Source of the DNA: an uncultured Pseudomonadota bacterium | GTDB taxonomy: Bacteria > Pseudomonadota > Alphaproteobacteria > Rs-D84 | Direction: 5' to 3' | Assembly (NCBI GenBank): GCA_902781465.1 | Contig: CACZJK010000003.1 | Coordinates: 12,054-76,053 of the forward strand | Length of the DNA: 64,000 nucleotides | Shown here: positions 48,826-58,540 of the stretch, in pieces | Numbering within the stretch: the stretch's first letter is position 1 | Layout: each line of letters begins with the position of its first letter | The notes under the pieces: generated by a model | What the model was told of the DNA's origin: nothing | The model's database searches: none | Seen by the model: only the letters and a program-made list of their open reading frames with translations | Program-made: the position numbers and the translations under genes

Positions 48826-49755
48826 TTAAATTGAATCAAAGTTTTTGCGTATGATTTTTGCACTTTGACGCAGGGCGGCAGATTCTGATTTACTTAATTT
48901 TGTGCGCAAACTTGCCACTATACCATTTTCACCAACAATGCGTGGCATGGACATAGCAACCGCATTTTTTCCAATGCCTTCGACAATGGATGTGGTAAGT
49001 ATGCGTTTTTCGTCGTTGATTATTGCGTGTAATAAATCTGCGACTGCCGCGCCAATGCCGTCCCAGGTTGCGCCACGGCCACGAATTATTTCGTATGCAG
49101 CACTGCGAACGCGATGTTCAATGGTTTTACGAGTTGTTTGTGGCAGAGATATTTTTGTTTGCTTGCAAAAATCATCCAATGCGATTGCGCCAATGCTGGC
49201 AGATTCCCAATTTATCACCGAAGAATCACCATGTTCGCCCAATACATACGCATTGATAGAACGCGTTGATACGCCAAGGTGTCGCGATAATATAACGCGC
49301 AAACGTGCTGAATCTAACATGGTCCCGGTGCCTATGACACGACCCGCAGGCAATTTAGATAATTTTTGTGCCAACATAACCATTACATCCAATGGATTCG
49401 TGACAACTATGATTTTTACTTTCTTGGCGTCAACATTAGCCATAACGCGTGGGATAATATCTTCGATAACTGCTGCGTTTTTATTCAATAAATCAGTGCG
49501 AGTTTCGCCTGGTTTTTGATTTGCGCCGGCAGCAATTATAACTATTTCACTGCCACGGATTACGCGATAAGAACTGGCGGCTGTGATTTTAATGTCGTAA
49601 GAAAATGCGCCGGCGTGACCTAAATCTTCTGCTGCGGCACGTGCGCGAACGCCGTCCCTGTCAAATAAAACTATTTCGTGGGCAAGTCCAGTATTTTGGA
49701 CTGCTGTTGCAACTGCTGAACCAACCGAACCAACACCTATGATTGCTATTTTCAT
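48826..49755 (-). CDS. ldh: L-lactate dehydrogenase (LDH/MDH superfamily)
   Basis: 309 aa. MKIAIIGVGSVGSAVA Rossmann motif. AGANQKPGETRTDL has Gln at the substrate-specificity position, as in LDH rather than MDH. Also GEHGDS. Confidence 0.85.
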   Translation of the reverse strand: MKIAIIGVGSVGSAVATAVQNTGLAHEIVLFDRDGVRARAAAEDLGHAGAFSYDIKITAASSYRVIRGSEIVIIAAGANQKPGETRTDLLNKNAAVIEDIIPRVMANVDAKKVKIIVVTNPLDVMVMLAQKLSKLPAGRVIGTGTMLDSARLRVILSRHLGVSTRSINAYVLGEHGDSSVINWESASIGAIALDDFCKQTKISLPQTTRKTIEHRVRSAAYEIIRGRGATWDGIGAAVADLLHAIINDEKRILTTSIVEGIGKNAVAMSMPRIVGENGIVASLRTKLSKSESAALRQSAKIIRKNFDSI

Positions 49756-49802
49756 AAAACTCTCCCATAATTACAAACATAATTATATCATATTTTTTAG
49801 AT

Positions 49803-49827
49803 AAAAAAAACGGGCTTTTATACCCGT
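49803..49827 (-). terminator. Rho-independent terminator after the acyltransferase gene
   Basis: ACGGG-cttttata-CCCGT (49810-49827). The A-run 49803-49810 becomes a T-run on the minus strand. Confidence 0.65.
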
Positions 49828-50637
49828 TTATTTTGTTTCCATATATTTATCAGAAATTATTTTGTGTAATTTGTCTGAAATTTGTTTTCTGTCCATACCA
49901 GATAAATCAGGTACAGGTAAAATTTCAATTTCAACCAAAAATCCGCCCAATACCATTACATGAAAAACCTGCATAAAAGCACTGCGTTCTATTTTGCAAT
50001 ATGGGCCGCAATCCATTTTTTTGTTGTCAAAGTAAGCAAAATGATTTGCCAAATCTTCATCGTTTATTTTTGTTCCGTCGTGCAGGCGATAATGGACAAC
50101 AACAGGTTGCACGGTTGCGCCTGTTTTTTCGATAACATCAAACATAGAACTTTTGAATTGTTTTACATAGGCCCCATTTGTAGAAGTTCCTTCTGGAAAA
50201 ATAAACAAAGGATAATCAACAGATTCCAATTCTTTTTGTATGGCATTTAATGCTTCTGTGGCATGAGAAGGGCGACGGTCAATAAATACCACACCAAACT
50301 TTTTTGCCATCCAACCAATCAATGGCCAAGATTCAATGTCTTTTTTGCCAAAGAAAGAACCACCCAACGCGGCCGCCATAGTTGATATTTCAAAAACAGA
50401 TATATGGTTGCATACACAAAGTAGGGGACGTTTTGAAGAAAGTTTTCCTTTGATTTTATATCGAACACCCATAAACCAATTAAATTGGTGCATAAAGAAC
50501 TGCATATATTTAACAGAAAATTTCCCCTTTGGAATAAAGCACAAGACAATCGCGTTCAACAACACGTAAATCCATGCAATAACAAACTTTACAATTGCCC
50601 AAAGTGTGTTAAATATATTTTGTTTGCGGATTTTCAT
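49828..50637 (-). CDS. olsA: Lysophospholipid/1-acyl-glycerol-3-phosphate-type acyltransferase, likely lyso-ornithine lipid O-acyltransferase OlsA
   Basis: 269 aa. N-terminal TM, NHISVFE (HX4[DE] box), FPEGTSTNG box. Immediately downstream of an OlsB-like gene. Confidence 0.7.
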   Translation of the reverse strand: MKIRKQNIFNTLWAIVKFVIAWIYVLLNAIVLCFIPKGKFSVKYMQFFMHQFNWFMGVRYKIKGKLSSKRPLLCVCNHISVFEISTMAAALGGSFFGKKDIESWPLIGWMAKKFGVVFIDRRPSHATEALNAIQKELESVDYPLFIFPEGTSTNGAYVKQFKSSMFDVIEKTGATVQPVVVHYRLHDGTKINDEDLANHFAYFDNKKMDCGPYCKIERSAFMQVFHVMVLGGFLVEIEILPVPDLSGMDRKQISDKLHKIISDKYMETK

Positions 50638-50640
50638 TTT

Positions 50641-51603
50641 TTATTTTTTTTCTGTTTCTTGTTCTTCATTTTCTTTGTCAATATATTCAACATCTGCGGC
50701 ATCTTCGCGCATGAATAATTCCGCGAAAGCCTTGATTGCTTTGGCCGTACCAGTAATAGGCGACATAATTATTTTACCAAGCATATGTAATGGGCCTTCT
50801 TTTACTTCGAATTCATCAAATGCGTTTTCAGAACCAGTGAAATGTTTTTGATATGTTTTATCGATATCTTTTGTTTGCAACATTACAAATACATCATATG
50901 TTCCAAAGCCTTTATCAATAAATACGCCACGACCAAATGTTGCACCAAGGCGTAAATAACCTTTGATTAAAGGTGTCATTTGTTTTTTTGCTTCTTCTTC
51001 ATCAACAAAAACGCGTGGTAAAATATTCATTTGTGTCATACGTGGATCAATACTTGGATCCAAATTTTCTTTTAATACAGTCGCACGCAAATGAAGTGGT
51101 GATAAGCAGTTGTAATAAAGATATGATATCGCCTGGGCGGATTGTGCAGGCTTGCTGCCAACCCAAGAAGGAACACCAAACAAAATTACAACCTTGCGTT
51201 TAACAACGTATTCGCACAATCCGGCCCAAAGCAAACGCATAACCAAACCGTTATCACGATATTCTGCGTTCACACATGCACGCGACATTTCTGCTATATT
51301 GCCTTTGATACGTTTGATTTTGGACAAATTGTATTCGCGCTCTGTATAAAAACCACCCATTTTTTCAGCCGCTTCACGATCGATAATACGATATGTCCCA
51401 ACAATTTTTCCATTATGAAATACCGCCATATAATCAGCATAAGTATCATAAGAATCGTATTCTTCGCCAAGATTTTTTTGTTCTTCTGTTGCATAAGCAT
51501 CTTCTTCCAAACAAAATACTTCATAACGCAATTGACGCACCTGTTTACGTTCTTCTTTTGTGCGGGTTAGACGAACTTCGTAATCGCGAACTTTTATAGC
51601 CAT
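50641..51603 (-). CDS. olsB: GNAT-family N-acyltransferase, likely ornithine lipid synthase OlsB
   Basis: 320 aa. RLTRTKEERKQVRQLRYEVFCLEE...DSYDTYADYMAVF...GTYRII matches the OlsB/hemolysin-like acyltransferase pattern. Acidic C-terminal tail. Confidence 0.7.
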   Translation of the reverse strand: MAIKVRDYEVRLTRTKEERKQVRQLRYEVFCLEEDAYATEEQKNLGEEYDSYDTYADYMAVFHNGKIVGTYRIIDREAAEKMGGFYTEREYNLSKIKRIKGNIAEMSRACVNAEYRDNGLVMRLLWAGLCEYVVKRKVVILFGVPSWVGSKPAQSAQAISYLYYNCLSPLHLRATVLKENLDPSIDPRMTQMNILPRVFVDEEEAKKQMTPLIKGYLRLGATFGRGVFIDKGFGTYDVFVMLQTKDIDKTYQKHFTGSENAFDEFEVKEGPLHMLGKIIMSPITGTAKAIKAFAELFMREDAADVEYIDKENEEQETEKK

Positions 51604-51715
51604 AATATATTTCCTTTATAATGTTATAAACTAAATAGTACCAAATAAAAGCATCATAAGCAATGTTTTTTATTTTTACTGGATTTTTATATTTTTTTAT
51701 GTAAAGGAAATTTTG

Positions 51716-52789
51716 CTATTTTAATTTTCTGGATAATTCGCCAATTGCGATTGCATACCATGATGAATTATTCCATCTTTTTATTCTGTAAAAATTAGGA
51801 TATGTTAAATACGCTTTTATCACAGGTGCAGGTGCAACATCTGTATCAAGTAATTGTGATTCGTCATCGCGTTGTGGTTGATATAAATCGCGTTTGGCGA
51901 TTTCTTTTGTGTCTGCAATTAAACCAACAACAAATTCTGAATTTTTAAGTGGTGTTCCGTCAATGTTTGTGACACCCATATTTGCCCATTCTGTAAAGCT
52001 TTTTTTAACGTCGCCGTTTAATACTGTCCTATCAAAATCAGCCGGCAAAATGACAGGTTTTATAATAGGTTCGTTTTTATTCCACCCAAGTTTATTCAGG
52101 TAATTACCAGCACTCATCATCGCATCGCCAACACTGTTGATTATATCAATACGACCATCGTTGTTTCCGTCTGTGCCATATTGGGTAAGTGTTGTTGGGA
52201 TAAATTGAAAATGTCCCATTGCGCCAGCCCAAGAACCATGAATAGAATTAACAGGTAATTTATTTTTATCTGCGATTTTCATCAAAGCAATCAATTGTTT
52301 TGTAAAAAATTCTTCGCGACGTCCGTCATAAATTAACGTTAAAAATGCGTTTGTTAATTGATATCTTGATTTTATTGCACCATAGTTAGATTCCATACCC
52401 CAAAATGCCAATATAACATTTCTTGGTATGCCGTATTTATTTTCAACACGTGATAAAAGTGTTGGGTATTCACGGGCTTTCTGTCGACCGATTTTTACGC
52501 GTTCTGCACTTACTGTGCGGTCAAGATATTCATCCAAAGTCAATGTAAATTCAGATTGATTTTTATCTGATTTTATTATTCGTGGAATAACAGATGCTGA
52601 TTTTAATGTGTCGTCTATGACAGATTGTTTGATTTTTTGTTCGTTTGCCTTTATTCGTATGCCTTCGATAACATTGTCCCAACGTTCAATATCAAAAGCG
52701 CCCCTGTCGGCAAACACAGGGTTTGCTGTAATACAAAACATCCCAAAAAATATAGGCAATCTATATTTCATATTTGTCCGTTGTATCAA
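51716..52789 (-). CDS. Lytic murein transglycosylase (MltB/SLT_2-type)
   Basis: 357 aa. Signal peptide from the alternative ATG at 52771 (MKYRLPIFFGMFCITANPVFA). Catalytic region FWGMESNYG and AGAMGHFQFIP. Confidence 0.85.
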   Translation of the reverse strand: MIQRTNMKYRLPIFFGMFCITANPVFADRGAFDIERWDNVIEGIRIKANEQKIKQSVIDDTLKSASVIPRIIKSDKNQSEFTLTLDEYLDRTVSAERVKIGRQKAREYPTLLSRVENKYGIPRNVILAFWGMESNYGAIKSRYQLTNAFLTLIYDGRREEFFTKQLIALMKIADKNKLPVNSIHGSWAGAMGHFQFIPTTLTQYGTDGNNDGRIDIINSVGDAMMSAGNYLNKLGWNKNEPIIKPVILPADFDRTVLNGDVKKSFTEWANMGVTNIDGTPLKNSEFVVGLIADTKEIAKRDLYQPQRDDESQLLDTDVAPAPVIKAYLTYPNFYRIKRWNNSSWYAIAIGELSRKLK

Positions 52790-54268
52790 TTAAAAAGAAT
52801 ATTTTAAACCGATGTGCAAACCGAAAGATTGCCACGTGGCTTCTTTCAAAGATTCAGACACTTGTTCGGTATAGGCAGGTGTTTTTTCAATGATAAAATT
52901 ACCTGGGTTATTTGGATCTTCAACGTATGCAACGGATTCTGCAACATACAATTCGCCAGGTATCTTGCCAATATGGAAATAATTTGTGTCTGCTTTTAAT
53001 GACAACTGCATACGATCAGACAGTTTATACGTGTATTCCATTTCTGCTTCGTAAGAAAATGCGCCATTTGTTCCTTCGTCCAAGAAACTTGGGTTTTGTT
53101 GCCAGTCATCACGATTTGGCCATGTTCCTTCGGATGAATACTTTGGCATACTTACTTGGACATAGAAACGTAATTTGTCCGCCAAAGTCATTTGTTTTTC
53201 CATTTCTAAACCAAGATAAAACCCAGACCAAGTTGTGTTATAAATATGCGTTGTTCCATCAACACGAATAATTCCATCACCACCGATAACGATACAGTCG
53301 CCCTGGACCACGCCCCATGGCAAATCGCCCATACTTGTGTCATATTCAGTTGTTGTTAATGCAGTACCAATATAAGAAATTCCACCACCAAGATCTTGTC
53401 CACCGGCAGTAGTTGCCACAACCTTGATATCTTCTGGACCCATACAGATTTGATATAAATCAACGCTTTCTGTGACATTTACATCCTGTGGAACGGAATA
53501 ATAATTTCCAGACGTATCACCAAATACATATTCGCCAGTAGAGGTCATCAATGGTAAATACACACCAGGATTAGGATATATATGATCCCCCATTTTCAAA
53601 TCGTGCTTGAAAATTTGATAACCGATATGTGGTGTCAATTTCCAACCCGCAACATCCCAAATATTATGGGCGGCCAAACCAAATTTTAATTTGTTTAATT
53701 TGCCACTTTGATTACCCATGGATATTGTAAATATACCTTCTGATGGATAGGCGTAATCATACGGTTCCAAATCATAATCCATAGACATTCCGCCAGATGA
53801 TAATTTGCCGTATGTATATCCTCCGTATACTGCCAAATCAAATCCGCGAACATCAAACACATGTTTAGCACCAACATTGATTTCGTTGAAAATCATATCG
53901 TCCCATTCAAGAACAGAATTTACACCTGTTGTAAATTCAAAATCTGCGAAACGACGCGAATAACTGGCATAAACAGTTGTTTTATTATCAGATGGCTGTG
54001 CAATTCCATTTGCTGTCATTGCCCCATTATATGTTGGTATTTGAGGGCGTGGAACCTGGTAAGAATAACTTTTGGAAGAAATAATTTGCTTGCGGCCAGA
54101 ATTGCCAACATATTTTGTATAACCGTAATCTTGGTATTTGCTGTAAGCGGCACGGTTTGCGTTAACTTTTGTGTTTTTTGAATAATATGATGGCACCCCT
54201 TCGTTTGACGCAAAGCACGCAGACGAAGCCGCAACGGAGCATAAAAAAGCCAAAAATGTATTTTTCAT
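52790..54268 (-). CDS. Predicted outer-membrane beta-barrel protein
   Basis: 492 aa. Signal peptide MKNTFLAFLCSVAASSACFA, alternating aromatic/Gly-rich strands, terminal ...GLHIGLKYSF (C-terminal Phe). The stop abuts the mltB-like start. Confidence 0.7.
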   Translation of the reverse strand: MKNTFLAFLCSVAASSACFASNEGVPSYYSKNTKVNANRAAYSKYQDYGYTKYVGNSGRKQIISSKSYSYQVPRPQIPTYNGAMTANGIAQPSDNKTTVYASYSRRFADFEFTTGVNSVLEWDDMIFNEINVGAKHVFDVRGFDLAVYGGYTYGKLSSGGMSMDYDLEPYDYAYPSEGIFTISMGNQSGKLNKLKFGLAAHNIWDVAGWKLTPHIGYQIFKHDLKMGDHIYPNPGVYLPLMTSTGEYVFGDTSGNYYSVPQDVNVTESVDLYQICMGPEDIKVVATTAGGQDLGGGISYIGTALTTTEYDTSMGDLPWGVVQGDCIVIGGDGIIRVDGTTHIYNTTWSGFYLGLEMEKQMTLADKLRFYVQVSMPKYSSEGTWPNRDDWQQNPSFLDEGTNGAFSYEAEMEYTYKLSDRMQLSLKADTNYFHIGKIPGELYVAESVAYVEDPNNPGNFIIEKTPAYTEQVSESLKEATWQSFGLHIGLKYSF

Positions 54269-54364
54269 CTTCCTTTTGTAGTTCCATTATATCATAAAAA
54301 AGAATTTAAGGAAAGCGTTTGTTTATGTTGAATTTTATTTTTCTTGATTTATCATAATTTCATT

Positions 54365-55420
54365 ATGAATAAAGCCCACAATTTATATATTCATGTCCCT
54401 TTTTGTATGTCAAAGTGCAATTATTGTGCGTTTTTTTCTGTTGCCTGCGCCAATCCTGATTGGCAAAAGTACGCAGATAGTATATGTCAAGAATTGCGTT
54501 TTTGGTCGCAAAAGTTAGGGAAAATAAAGATTCCAACAATATTTTTTGGTGGTGGAACACCATCATTGATGCCGGTAAGTATTTTTGAACAGATAGTAAA
54601 TTGTATAAATCAGTGTTTTGATATAACGGACGATTGTGAAATAACTTTGGAATCAAACCCTGGAACTTTGGACGGTGATAAATTGTCTGGGTTTATACAA
54701 AATAGTGTAAATCGTTTATCTGTTGGTGTGCAATCGTTAAAAGATGAAGAATTAAAATTCTTGGGACGTCGGCATGATGTTAGAACAGCGGTGAATTTAT
54801 TGGAAACTGCGTTGGAAAAGGGATTGCGTGTAAATGCTGATTTTATATATGGTTTGCCAAATCAAACAGTTAAAGATGTCATAGATTTGTGTAATGGTAT
54901 AAACAAAATTGGTTTAACGCATGTATCCATGTATGAATTGACTGTTGAAAAAAATACTCCATTTGGAAAAATGAATTTGGATATGCCAAGTAATGAAGAA
55001 ATGGCACAAATGTATAACGCAATTCCGCAATATTTATCTTTGTCTCGTTACGAGGTTTCTAATTATGCTGTGCCTGGGCAAGAGTGTCGTCATAATATGA
55101 ATATTTGGATGGGTGAACCTTATATTGGTATTGGTAACGGCGCAGCAGGAAGAGTGTTTTATAATAATGTTTGGTATGAACAACGCGGAAATGGTGAAGC
55201 CTTTGAACAAATGTCAACAGAATCACGCGCAACAGAAAAAGTTTTGACAGGTATGCGAACAATGCGTGGTGTAAATTTAAGTACGGATGTAAAAAATATA
55301 ATTGATTTTGATTGGGTAAATTCTCATAAAGATTTAGTTGAAATAGATGGTGAATATTTGCATACTACACACAGCGGTTTGTTGATATTGGATGATATAG
55401 TTGCGGATTTAATAAAATGA
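54365..55420 (+). CDS. hemW: Radical SAM heme chaperone HemW (HemN-like)
   Basis: The ATG at 54365 gives MNKAHNLYIHVPFCMSKCNYCAF (CxxxCxxC). The track start at 54344 is TTG. Confidence 0.88.
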   Translation: MNKAHNLYIHVPFCMSKCNYCAFFSVACANPDWQKYADSICQELRFWSQKLGKIKIPTIFFGGGTPSLMPVSIFEQIVNCINQCFDITDDCEITLESNPGTLDGDKLSGFIQNSVNRLSVGVQSLKDEELKFLGRRHDVRTAVNLLETALEKGLRVNADFIYGLPNQTVKDVIDLCNGINKIGLTHVSMYELTVEKNTPFGKMNLDMPSNEEMAQMYNAIPQYLSLSRYEVSNYAVPGQECRHNMNIWMGEPYIGIGNGAAGRVFYNNVWYEQRGNGEAFEQMSTESRATEKVLTGMRTMRGVNLSTDVKNIIDFDWVNSHKDLVEIDGEYLHTTHSGLLILDDIVADLIK

Positions 55421-57399
55421 AAAATAAATATTTGAACATCTTGGGATTTTTGGCCGTATGTATTGCGGTTGTTTTTGCGTTTTTTTTAACAAAGGGGAAA
55501 ATAATGAATGCTGGAATAAAAATTGAAAATATGGATTTAAGTGTTAATCCTGGAACAGATTTTTATGATTTTGCTACATCTGGTTGGGCAAAAAATAATC
55601 CTATTCCTGATGATTATACACGCTATGGTTCTTTTGATTTTTTAATAGAAGAAAACAACAAACGCGTTCGTGAAATTGTTGAAAATGATAATGGCAAGAT
55701 AGGTTTGCTTTATAAAGTAGCAATGGACAGTGAAAAATTAAATGCCGAAAAAACAAATCCTGTGAAACCATATCTTGGTGAAATTAATGCAATAAATTCC
55801 AAAGAAGATTTAATGGCATATCTTGGAAAAATGCACAAATTTGCATCTGCATTTTGGGATACAGGTGTTTTGCAAGATGATAAAGACAGTACGCATTATA
55901 TCTTTGTGGTTGCCCAGGGTGGAACGGGTTTATCACGTGATTATTATTTCGATAATGATGAAAAATCAAAACAGGTACGTCAAAAATATAAAGAATACAT
56001 CAAAAAGCAAATGGATAATTTTGGTGAAAAGGTTGATGTCGAAAAATTGTATGCGCTGGAAGAACGTATGGCTAAATCTTTCTATACGAAAGAAAAATTA
56101 CGCGACCCTTTAATCAATTATCATAAGAAATCAGTCGATGAATTGAAAAAAGAATTATCTGGCTTTGATTGGGATACTTATTTCAAAGCGCGTGGTGCAA
56201 ATGTTGAATATGTAAATATTGAACAGGTTGAACCAATCATGGAATCAATCGCGATAATGAACGATACAGATTTAGAATTGATAAAGACTTATTTGAAATA
56301 TCGTATTATAAACGGTTCTTCTTCATTTTTAGATGATAAAACATACGATATTGCTTTTGATTTTTATAATCGTGTTTTGTCCGATCAGAAAGAACAAAAA
56401 CCACGTTGGAAAAGGGCTGTTGCGATGATAGACGGTTCACTTGGTGAAATGGTTGGACAATTGTATGTTAAAAAGTATTTTTCAAGTGATGCCAAAGAAC
56501 GTATGGAAACTTTGGTAAAGAATTTATTGCGTGCATACGAAAACCGTGTCAAAGATTTAACTTGGATGAGTGATGATACAAAAAAACGCGCAATTGAAAA
56601 ATTACATACATTTAATGCTAAAATCGGATATCCAGACAAATGGCGTGATTATTCTGCACTGGAAATAAAAGACGATTCTTTGTATGCGAATATGATGCGC
56701 GTTTCGGCTTTTGAAGATGCGTTTTGGTTAAATAAAATTGGGAAAGAAAAAGATTCCAGTGTTTGGTATATGAACGCACACGAAGTCAATGCGTATTATG
56801 ATCCGTCTAATAATGAAATCTGTTTCCCTGCGGGAATATTACAATATCCTTTCTTTGATATGGCGGCAGATGATGCGTTTAATTATGGTGCGATTGGTTC
56901 TGTGATTGGACATGAAATGACACACGGGTTTGATGACAGCGGACGTCATTTTGACAAAGACGGTAATATGAAAGATTGGTGGACAGAAAAAGATGCAGAA
57001 TTATTCACAACAAAAACCAATCTGATGAAAGAACATTTTAATAATATCATTGTTGCACCAAATACTCATGCAAACGGAGAATTTACATTGGGTGAAAATT
57101 TGGCGGATTATGGTGGTGTGACAATAGCATTTGAAGCATATAAAAAATATGGTAAAAAATCTGAAAATGCACTTGGTATGACGCCGGAACAAAGATTCTT
57201 TGTTGCGTTTGCTATGACCGAAGCGGGTAATATTCGTGATGCTGAAATTTTACGCAGAACGAAAATGGATGAACATTCATTGTCGCGTTGGCGTGTGAAC
57301 GGTATTTTGCCACATGTTGAAACTTGGTATGATGTGTTTAATATCAATGAAGATGATGCTTTATACCTGAATCCGGAAAAGCGAGTAAAATTATGGTAA
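55417..57399 (+). CDS. M13-family zinc metallopeptidase (PepO/endothelin-converting-enzyme-like)
   Basis: 660 aa. N-terminal TM anchor, HEMTH (GHEMTHGFD) and ENLADYGG motifs. ATGA overlap with hemW. Confidence 0.9.
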   Translation: MKNKYLNILGFLAVCIAVVFAFFLTKGKIMNAGIKIENMDLSVNPGTDFYDFATSGWAKNNPIPDDYTRYGSFDFLIEENNKRVREIVENDNGKIGLLYKVAMDSEKLNAEKTNPVKPYLGEINAINSKEDLMAYLGKMHKFASAFWDTGVLQDDKDSTHYIFVVAQGGTGLSRDYYFDNDEKSKQVRQKYKEYIKKQMDNFGEKVDVEKLYALEERMAKSFYTKEKLRDPLINYHKKSVDELKKELSGFDWDTYFKARGANVEYVNIEQVEPIMESIAIMNDTDLELIKTYLKYRIINGSSSFLDDKTYDIAFDFYNRVLSDQKEQKPRWKRAVAMIDGSLGEMVGQLYVKKYFSSDAKERMETLVKNLLRAYENRVKDLTWMSDDTKKRAIEKLHTFNAKIGYPDKWRDYSALEIKDDSLYANMMRVSAFEDAFWLNKIGKEKDSSVWYMNAHEVNAYYDPSNNEICFPAGILQYPFFDMAADDAFNYGAIGSVIGHEMTHGFDDSGRHFDKDGNMKDWWTEKDAELFTTKTNLMKEHFNNIIVAPNTHANGEFTLGENLADYGGVTIAFEAYKKYGKKSENALGMTPEQRFFVAFAMTEAGNIRDAEILRRTKMDEHSLSRWRVNGILPHVETWYDVFNINEDDALYLNPEKRVKLW

Positions 57400-57400
57400 T

Positions 57401-57428
57401 AAAAAAACCGCCCAAATGGCGGTTTTTT
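57401..57428. terminator. Bidirectional rho-independent terminator
   Basis: A7-CCGCC-caaat-GGCGG-T6 (57401-57428), between convergent genes. Confidence 0.8.
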
Positions 57429-57690
57429 ATTTTGTTTTTGATTTTATTGATTCTATTTCTTGGTTATATTGACGTTCCAGTCTTATTATTTCATTACGCA
57501 AATCGTTGATTTCGTTTCTGTCTTCGACCGATGATAATCCAGAATCGTAATCGCTTGAAGAACCTTCCAATGCTTTGATTTGTAATTCCAGATTTTTACG
57601 TACGGTATTAAAGGCGGCTGTTTTTTCATCTATTTCCAGTTGGACAAACATATCGCCCATGCCGGAATATTTATCAGATTTTTTTGCCAT
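57427..57690 (-). CDS. Hypothetical coiled-coil protein (87 aa)
   Basis: Charged heptad-like sequence. 13 nt downstream of ihfA. No family recognised. Confidence 0.5.
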   Translation of the reverse strand: MAKKSDKYSGMGDMFVQLEIDEKTAAFNTVRKNLELQIKALEGSSSDYDSGLSSVEDRNEINDLRNEIIRLERQYNQEIESIKSKTK

Positions 57691-57703
57691 TTATATATCC
57701 TTT

Positions 57704-57991
57704 CTATTTACCAGAAACTGTTTTTCTGAAATCTGTACTTGGATGGAAAGTCGCAACACGACGCGCAGATATTACCGCAGGAACGCCTGTTCTTGGGTTG
57801 CGTCCAATGCGCGCAGATTTTGTTAAGATTTTGAAAGTTCCAAATCCTGCGATTTTTACATCTTCGCCATTAACCAAAGATTGTTCAATTTCATCAAAAA
57901 TAATATCTATCATTCGATAAGAATCTGCCGCGGTCAATCCGAAACGGCTGCGTAATGTGTTTGCTAAGTCTATACGTGTTATTGTTGCCAT
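57704..57991 (-). CDS. ihfA: Integration host factor subunit alpha (HU/IHF family)
   Basis: The internal ATG at 57991 gives MATITRIDLANTL... GFGTFKILTKSARIGRNPRTGVPAVISARRVATF matches the IHF-alpha arm. Confidence 0.85.
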   Translation of the reverse strand: MATITRIDLANTLRSRFGLTAADSYRMIDIIFDEIEQSLVNGEDVKIAGFGTFKILTKSARIGRNPRTGVPAVISARRVATFHPSTDFRKTVSGK

Positions 57992-58099
57992 AATTTTTCC
58001 GTCTTTTTTTCCTATATTCAATATTATACAGGCTCTTTTAAGGAAAGCAATCACTAAATATTGATTTATTTTTTTATTAGTGTAAAATCAAATCCGTTC

Positions 58100-58175
58100 G
58101 TCCCCATAGTTCAATTGGATAGAACAAATCCCTCCTAAGGATTAGATGCAGATTCGAATTCTGCTGGGGACGCCA
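58100..58175 (+). tRNA. trnR: tRNA-Arg (anticodon CCT)
   Basis: 76 nt. Acceptor GTCCCCA/TGGGGAC, D arm GTTC/GAAC, anticodon stem AATCC/GGATT with loop CTCCTAA, T arm GCAGA-TTCGAAT-TCTGC, encoded CCA. Confidence 0.93.
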
Positions 58176-58212
58176 CGAATTTTCGTTATCGCGCGCAATA
58201 AAGGATAAAGAT

Positions 58213-58539
58213 ATGAAAAACAAGGCTGTTAAAATAGGGATTGTTGCATCAATTTTGCCACATTTATTTTGTTGTGTTTTACCAATAGTTTTATCTTTGG
58301 TTGGTTTATTTGCACCAGAGGTTGCACATTCTTCTTTTATTCCAGAATGGATAGAACCGTGGCTGTTTGTTTTTTCATCTTTGATGTTGGGCTTGTCTTG
58401 GATTTTGGTATTACAAGATTGTCCTTGTGCGGAATGTGAATCAGAAAAATCACACAAAACGCAAAAAATTATTTTGTCTGTGATAACAACTTTGTTTGTG
58501 ATAAGTGTTGTTTTACATATATTTGCGCATGGGCATTAA
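58213..58539 (+). CDS. Small 3-TM membrane protein with a CC motif in TM1 and CPCAEC loop (heavy-metal-transporter-like)
   Basis: 108 aa. ILPHLFCCVLPIV resembles the vicinal-Cys TM1 of MerT/MerC-type proteins. Family assignment is tentative. Confidence 0.5.
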   Translation: MKNKAVKIGIVASILPHLFCCVLPIVLSLVGLFAPEVAHSSFIPEWIEPWLFVFSSLMLGLSWILVLQDCPCAECESEKSHKTQKIILSVITTLFVISVVLHIFAHGH

Positions 58540-58540
58540 A

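Noticed and set aside
48902-49519. 205-aa plus-strand ORF.
   Set aside because: It is antisense to the clearly recognisable L-lactate dehydrogenase gene.
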